Position numbers and translations under genes: made by a program. A stretch of 64,000 nucleotides of DNA from positions 2,110,001 through 2,174,000 of the forward strand of contig CM075993.1 in NCBI GenBank assembly GCA_038087875.1, in the 5' to 3' direction. Below the pieces are notes generated by a model. That model saw only the letters and a list, made by a program, of their open reading frames with translations, did no database searches and was not told where the DNA came from. Numbering within the stretch: position 1 is the stretch's first letter; each line of letters opens with the position of its first letter. Origin of the DNA: Malacoraja senta (taxonomy: Eukaryota). Positions 23,101 to 33,237 of this stretch are shown here, in pieces.

Positions 23101-26100
23101 CTGACCACGGGTGCTGTCTGTGCGGAGTTTGTACGTTGACGTTTCAGGTCGGGGCAAGCCAGTGTAACTGGCATGCCTTCTACCATCTTAAACATGCTGC
23201 CAAATCTACTGAGTTACTCCAGCGCTTTGTGTCCGTTTGTGTATGAATCAGCATCTGCAGTTCCATGTAACAAAACAAAGTCCTGCTTGAACATCTGGAG
23301 TAACTCAGGAGGTCAGGCAACATCTCTGGAGAACATGGATAGGTGATGTTTTGGGTCAGGAACATGAAGAAGGGTCTCGACTGGAAACGTCACCTATCCA
23401 TGTTCTCCACAGATGCTGCCTGACCCGCTGAGTTACTCCAGCACTCTGTGAAACGTCACCTATCCATGTTCTCCACAGATGCTGCCTGACCCCCTGAGTT
23501 ACTCCAGCACTCTGTGAAACGTCACCTATCCATGTTCTCCACAGATGCTGCCTGACCCGCTGAGTTACTCCAGCACTCTGTGAAACGTCACCTATCCATG
23601 TTCTCCACAGATGCTGCCTGACCCGCTGAGTTACTCCAGCACTCTGTGAAACGTCACCTATCCATGTTCCGGCAGCATCTATAGAGCGAAGGAAATAGGC
23701 AACGTTTTGGCCCGAAACCCTTCCGGGTTTCGGCCTAAAACGTTGCCTATTTCCTTCAGGGTTTTGGCCCGAAAGGTTGCCCATTTCCTTCGCTCCACAG
23801 ATGCTGCCTGACCCGCCGAGTTACTCCAGCACTCTGTGAAACGTCACCTATCCATGTTCTCCACAGATGCTGCCTGACCCGCTGAGTTACTCCAGCACTC
23901 TGTGAAACGTCACCTATCCATGTTCTCCACAGATGCTGCCTGACCCGCTGAGTTACTCCAGCGCAGTGCGTCCTGGAGTGTTTTCTAGGGCTGGTTCTCT
24001 CACTAACACATGGGATCTGCTCTCAGCAGCCACACCGAGCAGATTTACATACACTTGTACATACTTATACAATTATTTATTGTCATTTGAACCTCAAATG
24101 AGGTTCAAACGAAATGTGGTTTCTGCAGTCATACACCAAGACACAACACCAACACAATTTACACAAACATCCATCACAGTGAATCTCCTCCTCACTGTGA
24201 TGGAAGGCAAAGTCTTGCAATTTACAATTCGCACAGCCATCCCAAGAATGTCAATTATCCTTGAAGGCAACATTAATTTCACGGTAGGATTGACAAAAAC
24301 AAACCCTTCTTTCACATGTAGGAAGCAACTGCAGATGCTGGTTTAAACCGAAGATAGACACAAAATGCTGGAGTAACTCAGCGGGACGGGCAGCATCTCT
24401 GGAGAGAAGGAATGGGTGACGTTTCAGGTCGAGACCCTTCTTCAGACTGGGAGTCAGGGGAAAGAGAAACGAGAGATATAGACGGGGAATGTAGAGAGAT
24501 ATAGAACATATGATTTAAAGATATGCAAAAAAGTAACGATGGTAAAGGAAACAGGCTATTGTTGGCCATTTCTAGGTAAGAACGAGAACAGATATGAAAG
24601 TTAACGCAAATTGGAGGAACAGCATCTCATATTTTGCTTGGGCAGCTTACAACCCAGTGGTATTAATATTGAATTTTCCAACTTCAGGTAACCCCGGCAT
24701 TCCCTCTCTCTCCATCCCTCACCCACCCAAGTCGCACCAGCTTCTCGTTCTCACCTAGCAAACAACTAACAATAGGTTTAAGACAGAACTGCAGATGCTG
24801 GTAAAATCGAAGGTAGATTTAAAACACTGGAGAAACTCAGCAGGTGAGGCAGCATCTATGGAGAGAAGGAATAGCAATGGCCTGTTTCCTTTATCACCAT
24901 TACTTTTTTGCAAATCTTTCATTCACTTGTTCTATATCTCTCTACATCACCGTCTATATCTCTCGGTTCCCTTTCCCCTGAAGAAGGGTCTCGACCCGAA
25001 ACGTCACCCATTCCTTCTCTCCAGAGATGCTGCCTGTCTCGCTGAGTTACTCCAGCGTTTTAGACAATAGACAATAGGTGCAGGAGTAGGCCATTCAATG
25101 TGATCATGGCTGATCATCCCCAATCTGTACCCCGTTCCTGCCTTCTCCCCATACCCCCTGACTCCGCTATCTTTAAGAGCCCTATCTAGCTCTCTCTTGA
25201 AAGCATCCACCGCCCTCTGAGGCAGAGAATTGCACAGATGTTGTGCCTATATTCGGTTTAAACCAGCATCTGCAGTTCCTTGCTGCACAAGAATCTATCC
25301 CTCTCTCTGCCTTAAAAATATCCACGTTGATGAAAGTGAAATGTGTACCTCTGCCGGCACGATCCGGTCTGAAGACACTTCCCAAAGCCACCCTTGGTCC
25401 AGGAGCTTGTTGTCCCTGTTCCATCTCACCATTGGGTAGGGACCTGGGCAATGGATACTGTTCCAGGCTGGGATCAGCATTGCGGCTGGGCTGGGGGTAG
25501 AACCCAGAGCGCGGACCTTCGGCCGCCAGGCCCGTCCTAGAATAGCCGGCGTCCAGGGATGGTCCCGGCTGGAAGGCGGAATTTCTGGAAGTCAAGAGGG
25601 GCGAGGTGTCCTCTCCTCCAGGGACCACCCGGCCTTCGCTCTCGTCGAACAAGCTGTGCATGTACCGTCGGTCCAGCCCATCGTAGGCAGGTGGTTGTTG
25701 GGGCACTTGGCCCTGACCCTGGGCTCTGTAGGGGTGCAAGTTGTCACCATAATCCCCGTACCTGGGTCTGGCTTGGAAGGGGTAGCCCCCGGCGATGTCA
25801 AAGGGAAGCCGGCGATAGGGGAGGCTCTCATCCGCAGTGTCAAACGCCCTTGGAGATGCATACTCGGGGTTGGGGTCGTAGGGGTTGGGGTAGGAGGGCA
25901 CTGGGAACCGCTGGTAGGGCACTTGGTGGTAGCTGGGCTCGGGGTAGGTGGGCTGGCGGGGTCTGGGTCGACTGGCCTCCTGTCTGGGTGAGGGTTGGGG
26001 GTATCTGTGAGTGTTGCTGGGATCTCCGAAGGTCCCTTGCCTCCAGTTGTCGGGGACTTGCCCAAAGCCGAACGGGTGTCGGGTCTGCCCTCTCACCGTC

Positions 26101-26408
26101 TCCGAGCCGGCCCTGACCGACTGGGTGGGCACCTGTCGCCGGCCGGGTCTGCTCTGCCTGTTGCCCGGGTGCCGCAACGCCCCTCCGCCCAGCCAGACCC
26201 TGGGGCTGCTCCGTGCGGCCAAGTGGCCGGCGGGGACGTACTCCGAGCCCGTGTTGAGGAGGCTGTAGACCCGCCCGTTGTTTTCCCATTGGATCATTTG
26301 CCTCCAGCGATCACTGCCATCCTCGTCTCTCGCCTGGCCACCGACTCCGGGCAAGGGGGGTGCAAGCAACATTGACAGCACCAACGCCGGCGCCAACCAC
26401 CGCTCCAT
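8173..26408 (-). CDS. LOXL1: Lysyl oxidase-like 1, spliced CDS (7 coding exons expected, 6 visible; about 560 aa if exon 2 is 109 nt)
   Basis: Exon 1 encodes a signal peptide plus LOXL1-type pro-region motifs [36 protein letters not shown] and [12 protein letters not shown]. Downstream exons encode the LOX catalytic domain: copper motif [15 protein letters not shown] Lys in AEGHK, LTQ Tyr in [10 protein letters not shown]. Ends QS-stop. Visible internal exons are 138/157/96/116 nt with GT-AG junctions in consistent phase. Confidence 0.95.
8286..8727. mobile_element. Penelope-derived foldback element filling most of LOXL1 intron 6
   Basis: Inverted terminal-repeat arms; the left arm contains three 43-bp tandem units starting at 8344, 8387 and 8430. 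Confidence 0.8.
8740..8855 (-). CDS. LOXL1: LOXL1 coding exon 6 (116 nt)
   Basis: Acceptor ctttttatgttacag|; encodes [39 protein letters not shown]; donor CA|GTAAGT. Confidence 0.95.
9561..9656 (-). CDS. LOXL1: LOXL1 coding exon 5 (96 nt)
   Basis: Acceptor ctttggtctttcag|; encodes [32 protein letters not shown]; donor AAG|GTAATT. Confidence 0.96.
9728..9970 (+). mobile_element. tRNA-derived V-SINE (HE1-like), LOXL1 intron 4
   Basis: GGTGGCGCAGCGGTAG...GGTTCGATCCC head and V core; extended-anticodon subtype. Confidence 0.85.
10500..10870 (+). mobile_element. CR1-clade LINE 3' fragment (subfamily sharing its tail with the SINEs)
   Basis: GAGGACCAGAAGACATAGGTTTAAGG...GGGCCGAAGGGCCTGTTTCC..CTGTATCACTCTGTGACTCTATG. 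Confidence 0.82.
11150..11306 (-). CDS. LOXL1: LOXL1 coding exon 4 (157 nt)
   Basis: Acceptor catttcgtttccag|G; encodes [52 protein letters not shown]; donor CAG|GTAGGA. Confidence 0.96.
11353..11448 (+). mobile_element. Solo Penelope-derived short element with 10-bp target duplication
   Basis: ATCAAGAGTC at 11343-11352 and 11449-11458 flanks a degenerate hammerhead-plus-tail unit, about 45 bp from the exon 4 acceptor. Confidence 0.75.
11860..12332 (+). repeat. GC-rich interspersed repeat with terminal hairpin and (TTGAACC)n-like tail
   Basis: Aligns by eye with 58745-59015; hairpin CCCTCACAGTGG..CCATTGTGAGGG; then AATAAA and GAACCTTT repeats. Confidence 0.65.
12455..12935 (-). mobile_element. 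V-SINE with a nested ~190-bp (AAG)n-tailed insertion
   Basis: SINE split at a GGGAGAA duplication (12640-12646 and 12841-12847). Confidence 0.75.
13623..13791. mobile_element. PIF/Harbinger-type MITE, complete
   Basis: TIRs AGGGCCTGTCCCACTTGGG / CCCAAGTGAGACAGGCCCT; TAA on both sides. Confidence 0.85.
15672..15892 (+). mobile_element. tRNA-derived V-SINE
   Basis: Same head and core as the other copies. Confidence 0.82.
16176..16473 (-). mobile_element. tRNA-derived V-SINE, near full length
   Basis: Head, V core and tail all present. Confidence 0.85.
18126..18436 (-). mobile_element. tRNA-derived V-SINE, full length with (CTAAA)n tail
   Basis: GGGCGGCACGGTGGCGCAGCGGTAG...GTATCTCTAAACTAAACTAAAC on the minus strand. 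Confidence 0.9.
18814..19161. mobile_element. PIF/Harbinger-type MITE
   Basis: Long imperfect TIRs CCCCTGTCCCACTGT...ACAGTGGGACAGGGG; internally related to 44197-44527. Confidence 0.8.
19961..20545 (-). mobile_element. V-SINE interrupted by a Harbinger MITE
   Basis: SINE sequence is continuous once 20229-20524 is removed. Confidence 0.8.
20229..20521. mobile_element. PIF/Harbinger-type MITE inserted in a SINE head
   Basis: TGGGCCTGTCCCACTTGG...CCAAGTGGGACCGGCCCA; TAA at 20226-20228 and 20522-20524; the SINE continues on both sides. Confidence 0.85.
20729..20866 (-). CDS. LOXL1: LOXL1 coding exon 3 (138 nt)
   Basis: Acceptor ccttttctccccag|C; encodes [46 protein letters not shown]; donor CA|GTAAGT. 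Confidence 0.96.
21200..21780 (+). mobile_element. CR1-clade LINE sequence on both sides of the assembly gap
   Basis: Left flank ends ...CCATTTAGAAACG; right flank resumes TCTCTGCCTCAGAGGG...CTATTGTCTATTGT. Confidence 0.85.
21322..21521. other. Assembly gap (200 N)
   Basis: Run of exactly 200 N, likely a fixed-size scaffolding gap of unknown true length. Confidence 0.99.
22113..22420 (-). mobile_element. Penelope-like element 3' end (LOXL1 intron)
   Basis: Terminal repeat with intact hammerhead core at 22217-22244 (minus), preceded by the EN C-terminal coding remnant. Confidence 0.8.
23384..23962 (+). repeat. 66-bp tandem array from the Penelope terminal repeat, interrupted by a foldback insert (about 23671-23795)
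   Basis: Units start at 23384, 23450, 23516, 23582, 23648, then 23838 and 23904. Confidence 0.9.
24978..25005 (+). ncRNA. Minimal hammerhead ribozyme motif
   Basis: CTGAAGAAGGGTCTCGACCCGAAACGTC, intact core. Confidence 0.6.
25349..26408 (-). CDS. LOXL1: LOXL1 coding exon 1 (signal peptide and Pro/Tyr-rich pro-region, 1060 nt)
   Basis: ATG at 26408 in context AAATGG ([18 protein letters not shown]...). Open frame to ...DRAGR-G, then donor AG|GTACAC at 25348 (phase 1). Part of ORF 25182..26504. Confidence 0.93.
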
Positions 26409-27000
26409 TTCCCTTTGCTTCAAACTGGCAACCAGAAACTTCTCCAAAGTCCAAAAAAAAACCCACCTCAAAACACACACACACAAAAACAGCAGCAAAA
26501 ACAAACAAAAAGTCGCAGAAACTTATCCACACTTTTTCACCAAGGACTCAGACTCCAGGGCAGCGCTGCTCCCGGCTTGTGCAACATGTTAGACCAGGCT
26601 TTCTATACCTATATCCACCAGGCTCCCCTCCCAGCCTCTCCCACTTCACACCCTTATCCACCCCGCAAGCCGTGCGATCCTCAAACCCGGCGGATCTCTG
26701 AACAACAGAAGAAAAACCTGCCTTCGCTCTCAGCTCGTTTTTCTCTTTCCCCCCCGGCGTGAAATTTTATGCACGGATTAGATCTTCCTTCCTCCGCTCT
26801 TTGGAGGAGCGGGAATTTGTTTTTTTCCCAATTTAATTCCACCCCCCTCCCCCTCACCCTCCCCTTCCCCTTGTCACACAGTCACTATCTCATTCTACTC
26901 TCAGTCTCAAGATTTTTAATTCAAGTTCCAGGAAGAATTCCGAGTCGCTTTTTTTTTTTTTTAAACAGCCCAACAGTTTACCGTGAAATTTAATAGGGAA
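26409..27000 (-). promoter_or_regulatory. LOXL1 5' UTR and proximal promoter region
   Basis: TE-free, CpG-containing stretch directly upstream of the ATG, with a short (TG)n tract and a TATA-like GATATAGGTATAGAA near 26601-26615 (minus). TSS cannot be determined from sequence. Confidence 0.5.
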
Positions 27001-27649
27001 TTAAGAAAAGAAAGGTTATCCCTGAAGGACATTGAGAATGTGAAACTTTTCCCACAGGGAGGGGGGTCGAGGTGCGTTGAAGTTTTACTTCATAAGTGAT
27101 GGGAGCAGAATTAGGCCATTCGGCCCATCGAGTCTACTCCAGCATTCAATCATGGCTGATCTATCTATCCCTCCCAACTCCATTCTCCTGCCTTCTCCCC
27201 ATAACCCCGACACCCGCACTAATCAAGAATCTATCCATCTCCACCATAAAAATATCCACCGACTTGCCCTCTGCAGTTGTCTGTGGCCATGATCACATTG
27301 AATGGCGGTGCTGGCTCGAAGGGCCGAATGGCCTACTCCTGCGCCTATTGTCTATTGTCTATAATGAGTTCCACAGATCCCACAGATCCACCACCCTCTG
27401 GTTAAAGAAAGTGGGATAACATAGCATTAGTGTGAATGGGTGATTAATGGCTGGTGTGGACACAATGGGCCGAAGGGCCTGTCTCCATGCTGTATTATTA
27501 ACCTTTAAACTCTAAAGGTAGAAACAAGGAACTGCAGATGCTGGTTTACACAAATGGACACAAAGTGCTGGAGTAACTCAGCAGGTGAGGCATCCCCGGG
27601 GAACATGGATAAGTGGTATTTCGTTAAAAGTAAACTCTCAAGGTAGAAA

Positions 27650-28130
27650 GACACAAAATGCTGGATTAACTCAACGTGACAGGCAGCATCTCTGGAGAGA
27701 AGGAACGGGTGACTTTTGTGGGTCGAGACCCTTCATCAGACTGAGAGTCAGGGGAGAGATCAAAGGGGGTGAAGCTCGAGGAAAATGTAGAATAGAAACA
27801 TAGAAAATAGGTGCAGGAGTAGGCCATTCGGCCCTTCGAGCCTGCACCGCCATTCAATATGATCACGGCTGATCATCCAACTCAGTATTAGATCATTATT
27901 AGCTTGGGGAAGGTGACAATGATTCCCAACCAACAAATTTAATCAGTGGACAGTCAGACTGGTCGGAGAACTGGGAAGGGGGAGGGATGGAGAGAGAGGG
28001 AAAGCAAGGGTTACTTGAAGTTAGAGGTCAATGTTCATACCGCTGGGGTGTAAGATGCCCAAGCCAAATATGAGATGCTGTTCCTCCAATTTGTGTTTGG
28101 CCTCACTCTGACAATGGAGGAGGCCCGGGA
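27650..28130 (-). mobile_element. Penelope-like element 3' end interrupted by a CR1 tail
   Basis: ORF 28021..28227 contains [29 protein letters not shown]; terminal repeat at 27650-27750; CR1 3' end at about 27793-27887. Confidence 0.75.
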
Positions 28131-30760
28131 CGGAGAGGGAGAGGGAGAGGGAGAGGGAGAGGGAGAGGGAACTTCCTCTATGCATTCCACTCCTTATCAG
28201 AAGAATGTACGTCTGTAGAAATAGCACACAATGAGTACTTTGTCAGCAATATTTATTAGAGCCCACCTCCAAGACGGTGCCTACAATTGAATGGAAATGA
28301 AGGGCTATGGATCTTGTTATAGAATGATTTTAGGAGCCATCTGATATCGAGGGGGGGGATTAAATTCATGTAGGGAGGAACAGCAGATGCTGGTTTAAAC
28401 CAAAGAGAGACACAAAAAGCCGGAGTTACTCAGTGGTTCAGGCAGCACCTCCGGAGAGAAGGAATGGGTGACGTTTAGTTTAGATTAAAGCTACAGAGTC
28501 CACACGTCCACTACACAAGGGGAAATTTACAGGAGCCGATTCACCTTCAAGCCTGCACGTCTTTGGAGTGTGGGAGGAAACCGGAGCACCCGGAGTAAAC
28601 AGGGAGAACGTACAAACTCCGCACTGACAGCACCCGTGGTCAGGATCGAACCCGGCTGTGAGGCAGCAACTCTACCGCTGCTGAGATGTGAAAATGTCAG
28701 TTGCTTATCCTTAGGGAGAAACAAAGTCATTAGCCATTCTGTAAGGACCCTGGAGCCAACCAGGTGTTTTTCACTATGTGTTATCAATCTTGCATGCCTA
28801 ATAAATACTGTCATTTAAATGCTTGGAACTTGATTCCCCCTCTGGGCGATTTCAGAATCAGAGATTGCCGGTTTACAATTGAGGTAAGGAGGAATCAAGT
28901 CAAGTCAAGCTTATTGTCATATGTACCAGTGGGGTGATGTACAGGTTCAATGAAAATCTTGCTTGCAGCAGCATCACCGACACACTGACTCAGACAACAC
29001 ACAAAAACATAAATAATACATTAATTACACAGGGCAGCAAAAAGAAAAATTAAATCAAGATCCCGACTGTCAGTCGGAAGAAGGGTCTCGACCCGAAACG
29101 TCACCTATTCCTTTTCTCCAGAGATGCTGCCTGTCCCGCTGAGTTACTCTGGCTTTTTGTGTCTATCTGCAGTTCCTTCCAACACAAACTAAATCAAAAC
29201 ATTAGTGCAAACAATTTGAACCAAAAACACCCATGGTAGTGCAAGATTTGGTCCATATTCTGAAGAAGGGTTCTGATCCGAAATGTTGCCCATCCAATGT
29301 TCTCCAGACATGCTGCCTGACCTGCTGAATGACTCCAACATTTGGTATCTTTTTTTGTCCATTGTGCAGGTACATAGTTCCTTGAAAGTAGCATGGCAGG
29401 TAGATAGAGTGGTCAAGAAGGGTTTCGGCACATTGGCCTTCATCGGAGTATTAGGGAGGTCACGTGGGAGGTCACGTTACAGTTGCCTAAGACATCGGTA
29501 AGGCTCCTTCCTATACATCAACCACTTGTTTTGGGACTGGTACTAGGACTTGTGCAAATCTTTGCACTCATAAATGAGGTCGAAAGTGATAGTAGAATTA
29601 GGCCATTCGGCCCATCAAGTCTACTCCTCCATTCAATCATGGCTCTCCCTCTAAACCCCATTCTCCTGCCTTCTCCCAATAACCTCTGACACCCGTACTA
29701 ATCAAGAATCTATTTATCTCTGCCTTAAATATATCCATTGGCCTCCACAGCCGTCTGTGGCAAAGAGTTCCACAGATTCACCACCCTCTGACTAAAGAAA
29801 TTCCTCCTCATCTCCCTTCTAAAGGAACGTCCTTTAATTCTGAGGCTATGACCTCTGGTCCTGGGCTCTCCCACTAGTGGAAACCTCCTCTCCACATCCA
29901 CTCTATCCAAGCCTTTCACATGCAAGGGCAATTGAATACAAAAGTAGGAAGGCTATACTTTGGTCGTATAGGATATTATTGAATCTAGGATATTGTCTGA
30001 AGAGGGGTCTCGACCCGAAACGTTCCTTTTCCCCAGAGATGCTGTCTGACCTGCTGAGTTACTCCAGCTTTTTTGTGTTTAAGAAAGAACTGCAGATGCT
30101 GGAAAGGTAGACAAAAATGCTGGAGGAACTCAGCGGGTGAGGCAGCATCTATGGAGCGAAGGAATAGGTGATGTTTCGGGTCGAGACTAGGAAGCATCTA
30201 TGGATTGAAGGAATAGGTGACGATTCGGGTCGAGACCCTTCCGGGTTTCGACCCGAACGTCACCTATTCCTTCGCTCCATAGATGCTGCCTCACCCGCTG
30301 AGTTTCTCCAGCATTTTTGTCCACCAGCTTTTTGTGCCTATCGTCGGTTATAACCAGCATCTGTAGTTCCTTCCTACACAGGATATTATTGAGACCGCAT
30401 CTGGTGCATTGTGTAAAGCACTGGCCTCCTCATGTAAAGGAAGGATGTTCATGTGTTGTAAACACTGCTCAGAGGAAATTTATGAGATTAATTCTTGGAA
30501 GGAACACACTCTTATCAACCGTAGTTGGGACAGACCAGCCCTTGTGAAGGTTAGGAAAGGTGAAAGCTGACAATTGAAAACGTTTGGGACCACTGAGGAG
30601 GTCTTGGCAGAATGTGATTGTGGAAAGAATGTTTCCCTCTTGTGGGAGAATCGAGAACCAGGGCAACTGTGTAAAAATAATAGCCATGCATTTATGGAAG
30701 ATATTAGGCAAGTTGTCGTACTAGTTTCAAAGTCGTCTTGTTGAGTCTCGTAGTCTGTAA

Positions 30761-30965
30761 AGGGCCGGTCCCACTTTCACGACCTAATTCACAACCCTTT
30801 TTTACTCGTGGACATTTTTCATCAGGCTAGAAAAAAACGGCCCGACCTACTTGATGCCACGAGTACCTACGACTAGCATCACGGCCTGCTACGACCTCCT
30901 CGTGACAACCATGCTGCGAGTATGAGTCAAGGGCAAACTCGGCAGAGGTCGTGAATTAGGTCGTT
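30761..30965. mobile_element. Harbinger-type MITE, right end truncated
   Basis: TAA-AGGGCCGGTCCCACTTTCACGACCTAATTC...; reverse-orientation relative of 39993-40219. Confidence 0.7.
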
Positions 30966-31406
30966 TACACCCAGCCCACAGCTAACAATGGCCTGTTTCC
31001 TTTGTCATCATTACTTCTAAAGATTCACATGTTCTATATCTCTCTACGTCACCATCTATATCACACGTTTCCCTTTCCCCCCCGACTCTCAGTCTGAAGA
31101 AAGGGTCTCCACCCGAAATGTCACCCATTCCTTTTCAACAGTGACGCTGCCTGAGTCGCAGAGTTACTCCAGCTTTCTGTGTCAGCTATCTTCGGCCAAT
31201 TATCTATCTCCCGGGTGATTGTGAGTCTTTGCATTTCTCTTCTTCAAAGCTTGTTGGGAGCAGAGACTTTGAATAATTAATAGGGGTAAGTGGATCATTT
31301 TATCATACATCACAGAAACAGACGTTTTGGCTCGATGTCCGCGCCATCCAAGATGCCCCTTCCAAGCTGGCCTGATTTACCCACACCTGCCCCTCTCCCT
31401 CTAAAC

Positions 31407-31906
31407 CAAGGGTTCCCAACCTGAGCTAAATTTACCCCCAGCACAAAGCAAGACTAATTCACGGCGGCACGATGGCGCGCAGCGGTAGAGTTGCTGCCTT
31501 ACAGCGCTTGCAGCACCGGAGACCCGGGTTCGATCCCGACTACGGACACTGTCTGTGTGGAGTTTGCACGTTCTCCCCGTGACCTGCGTGGGTTTTCTCC
31601 GAGGTCTTCGGTTTCCTCCCACACTCCAAAGACGTACAGGTTTGGAGGTCCATTGCCTTGGTGTATAAGTAAATTGTCCCTAGTGTGTGTAGCAAGGGTT
31701 CCCAACCTGGAGTATATTGCCTACCCAGGGGGTAAAGTTGTTGATTCTGGAGTTGGACATATGTTTTCTCATTGACGGACTGTGTTTGGTTCTGGTATAA
31801 CGGTATCTGTTCATCATTAGTTGTTCATGAATAAGTGAAAATAACATTGTTACGTGCGATTAAAGTTGCCGGGGGTAAACGGGATGAGAAAGGTTGGCAA
31901 CCCTTG
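31407..31906. mobile_element. hAT (Charlie-like) non-autonomous composite element carrying a tRNA-SINE
   Basis: TIRs CAAGGGTTCCCAACCT / AGGTTGGCAACCCTTG; 8-bp flanks CTCTAAAC / GTCTAAAC; second left TIR at 31693. Confidence 0.82.
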
Positions 31907-32628
31907 GTCTAAACCCTACATAGAAACATAGAAAATAGGTACAGGAGTAGGCCATTCGGCCCTTCGAGCCTGCACCGCCATTCAATATGATCATGGCTGA
32001 TCATCCAACTCAGTATCCCGTACCTGCCTTCTCTCCATACCCCCTGATCCCTTTAGCCACAAGGGCCACATCTAACTCCCTCTTAAATATAGCCAATGAA
32101 CTGGCCTCAACTACCTTCTGTGGCAGAGAGTTCCACACGTGCTGGAGGAACCCCGCGGGTCAGGCAGAGACTGCAGAGGGAATGTACGGGTGACTTTTCA
32201 AATTAGGACATCTCCCCAGTCAGAAGGGGGGGGGGGGGGTCCTGACCAAAAACCTCGCCCGTCCTTTCCCTCCCCAGGCTTACCAAGCCAGGAGGTGAAA
32301 AGTCACTGCAAGTAGTGAAGAATTTGAAGGGAAGTTACATTCAGATCGGCTGTAATCTCCCTGCATATCCGGGCAGGCTCAAGAGCCAGCACCTGCCTCT
32401 GCTCTTAATTCCCAGGTATGTTAATTGCAGTTGTAAAGGACAGGGAGAAGATGGATACAAACTGTTCTTTGTCATGGCGAGGGTATGATGCACAAAACAC
32501 ACTGGGAGCTGTACACCTGCCCCACTATAGTACACAGGCTGAGAACCTCTGCTGTGAACTACACAATCCATGGATCAAGACGTCTGTAAAAGTACAACAA
32601 GAATCCTTCTACCATTACCAATATTTTG

Positions 32629-32843
32629 GGCGGCACGATGGCGCAGCGGTAGAGTAGCTGCCTCACAACGCTGGAGACCCGGGTTCGATCCTGACTACGG
32701 GTGCTTGTCTGTACGGAGTTTGAACATTCTCCCTGTGACCGCTGTTTCCTCCGGGTGCTCCGGTTTCCTCCCACACTCCAAAGACGTACAGGTTTGTACG
32801 CTAATTGGCTTCGGTATAATTGTAAATTGTCCCTAGTAGTGTA
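32629..32843 (+). mobile_element. V-SINE 5' part; its 3' part resumes at about 33240 after a CR1 insertion
   Basis: Head and V core; tail GGGATCATTGGTCGGCGCGGAC...GGCCGAAGGGCCTGTT at 33266-33310. Confidence 0.8.
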
Positions 32844-33237
32844 GAAACATAGAAAATAGGTGCAGGAGGAGGCCAATCGGCCCTTCAAGCCAGCACCGCC
32901 ATTCATTGTGTTCATGGCTGATTGTCCCCAATCAATAACCCGTGCCTGCCTTCTCCCCATATCCCTTGATTCCACTAGCCCCTAGAGCTCTATCTAACTC
33001 TCTCTTAAATCCATCCAGTGACTTGGCCTCCACTACCCTCTGTGGCAGGGAATTCCACAAATTCACAACTCTCTGGGTGAAAAAGTTTGTTCTCACCTCA
33101 GTCTTAAATGACCTCCCCTTTATTCTAAGACTGTGGCCCCTGGTTCTGGACTTGCCCAACATTGGGAACATTTTTCCTGCATCTAGCTTGTCCAGTCCTT
33201 TTATAATTTTATATGTTTCTATAAGATGCCCCCCTCA
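32842..33237 (-). mobile_element. CR1-clade LINE 3' fragment nested in a SINE
   Basis: ORF 32932..33171; (CTATGTTT)n tail. Confidence 0.88.

Noticed and set aside
24021..24042. Minus-strand CTGCTCGGTGTGGCTGCTGAGA, resembling LRCAAE codons of the missing exon 2
   Set aside because: It needs frameshifts, has no LPDLVPD upstream and no suitable splice sites; likely chance.
25559..26375. Overlapping plus-strand and alternative-frame ORFs over LOXL1 exon 1
   Set aside because: Expected shadows of a GC-rich coding exon, with no recognisable protein similarity.
26409..26504. N-terminal extension of the 440-aa ORF (MFLLLFLCVCV...)
   Set aside because: It begins at a non-ATG codon and runs through a (TG)n tract; the first ATG at 26408 gives a proper signal peptide.
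26573..26591. p53-like response element (CGGCTTGTGC / CAACATGTTA) near the LOXL1 start
   Set aside because: Several mismatches to RRRCWWGYYY and overlapping half-sites; not distinguishable from chance.
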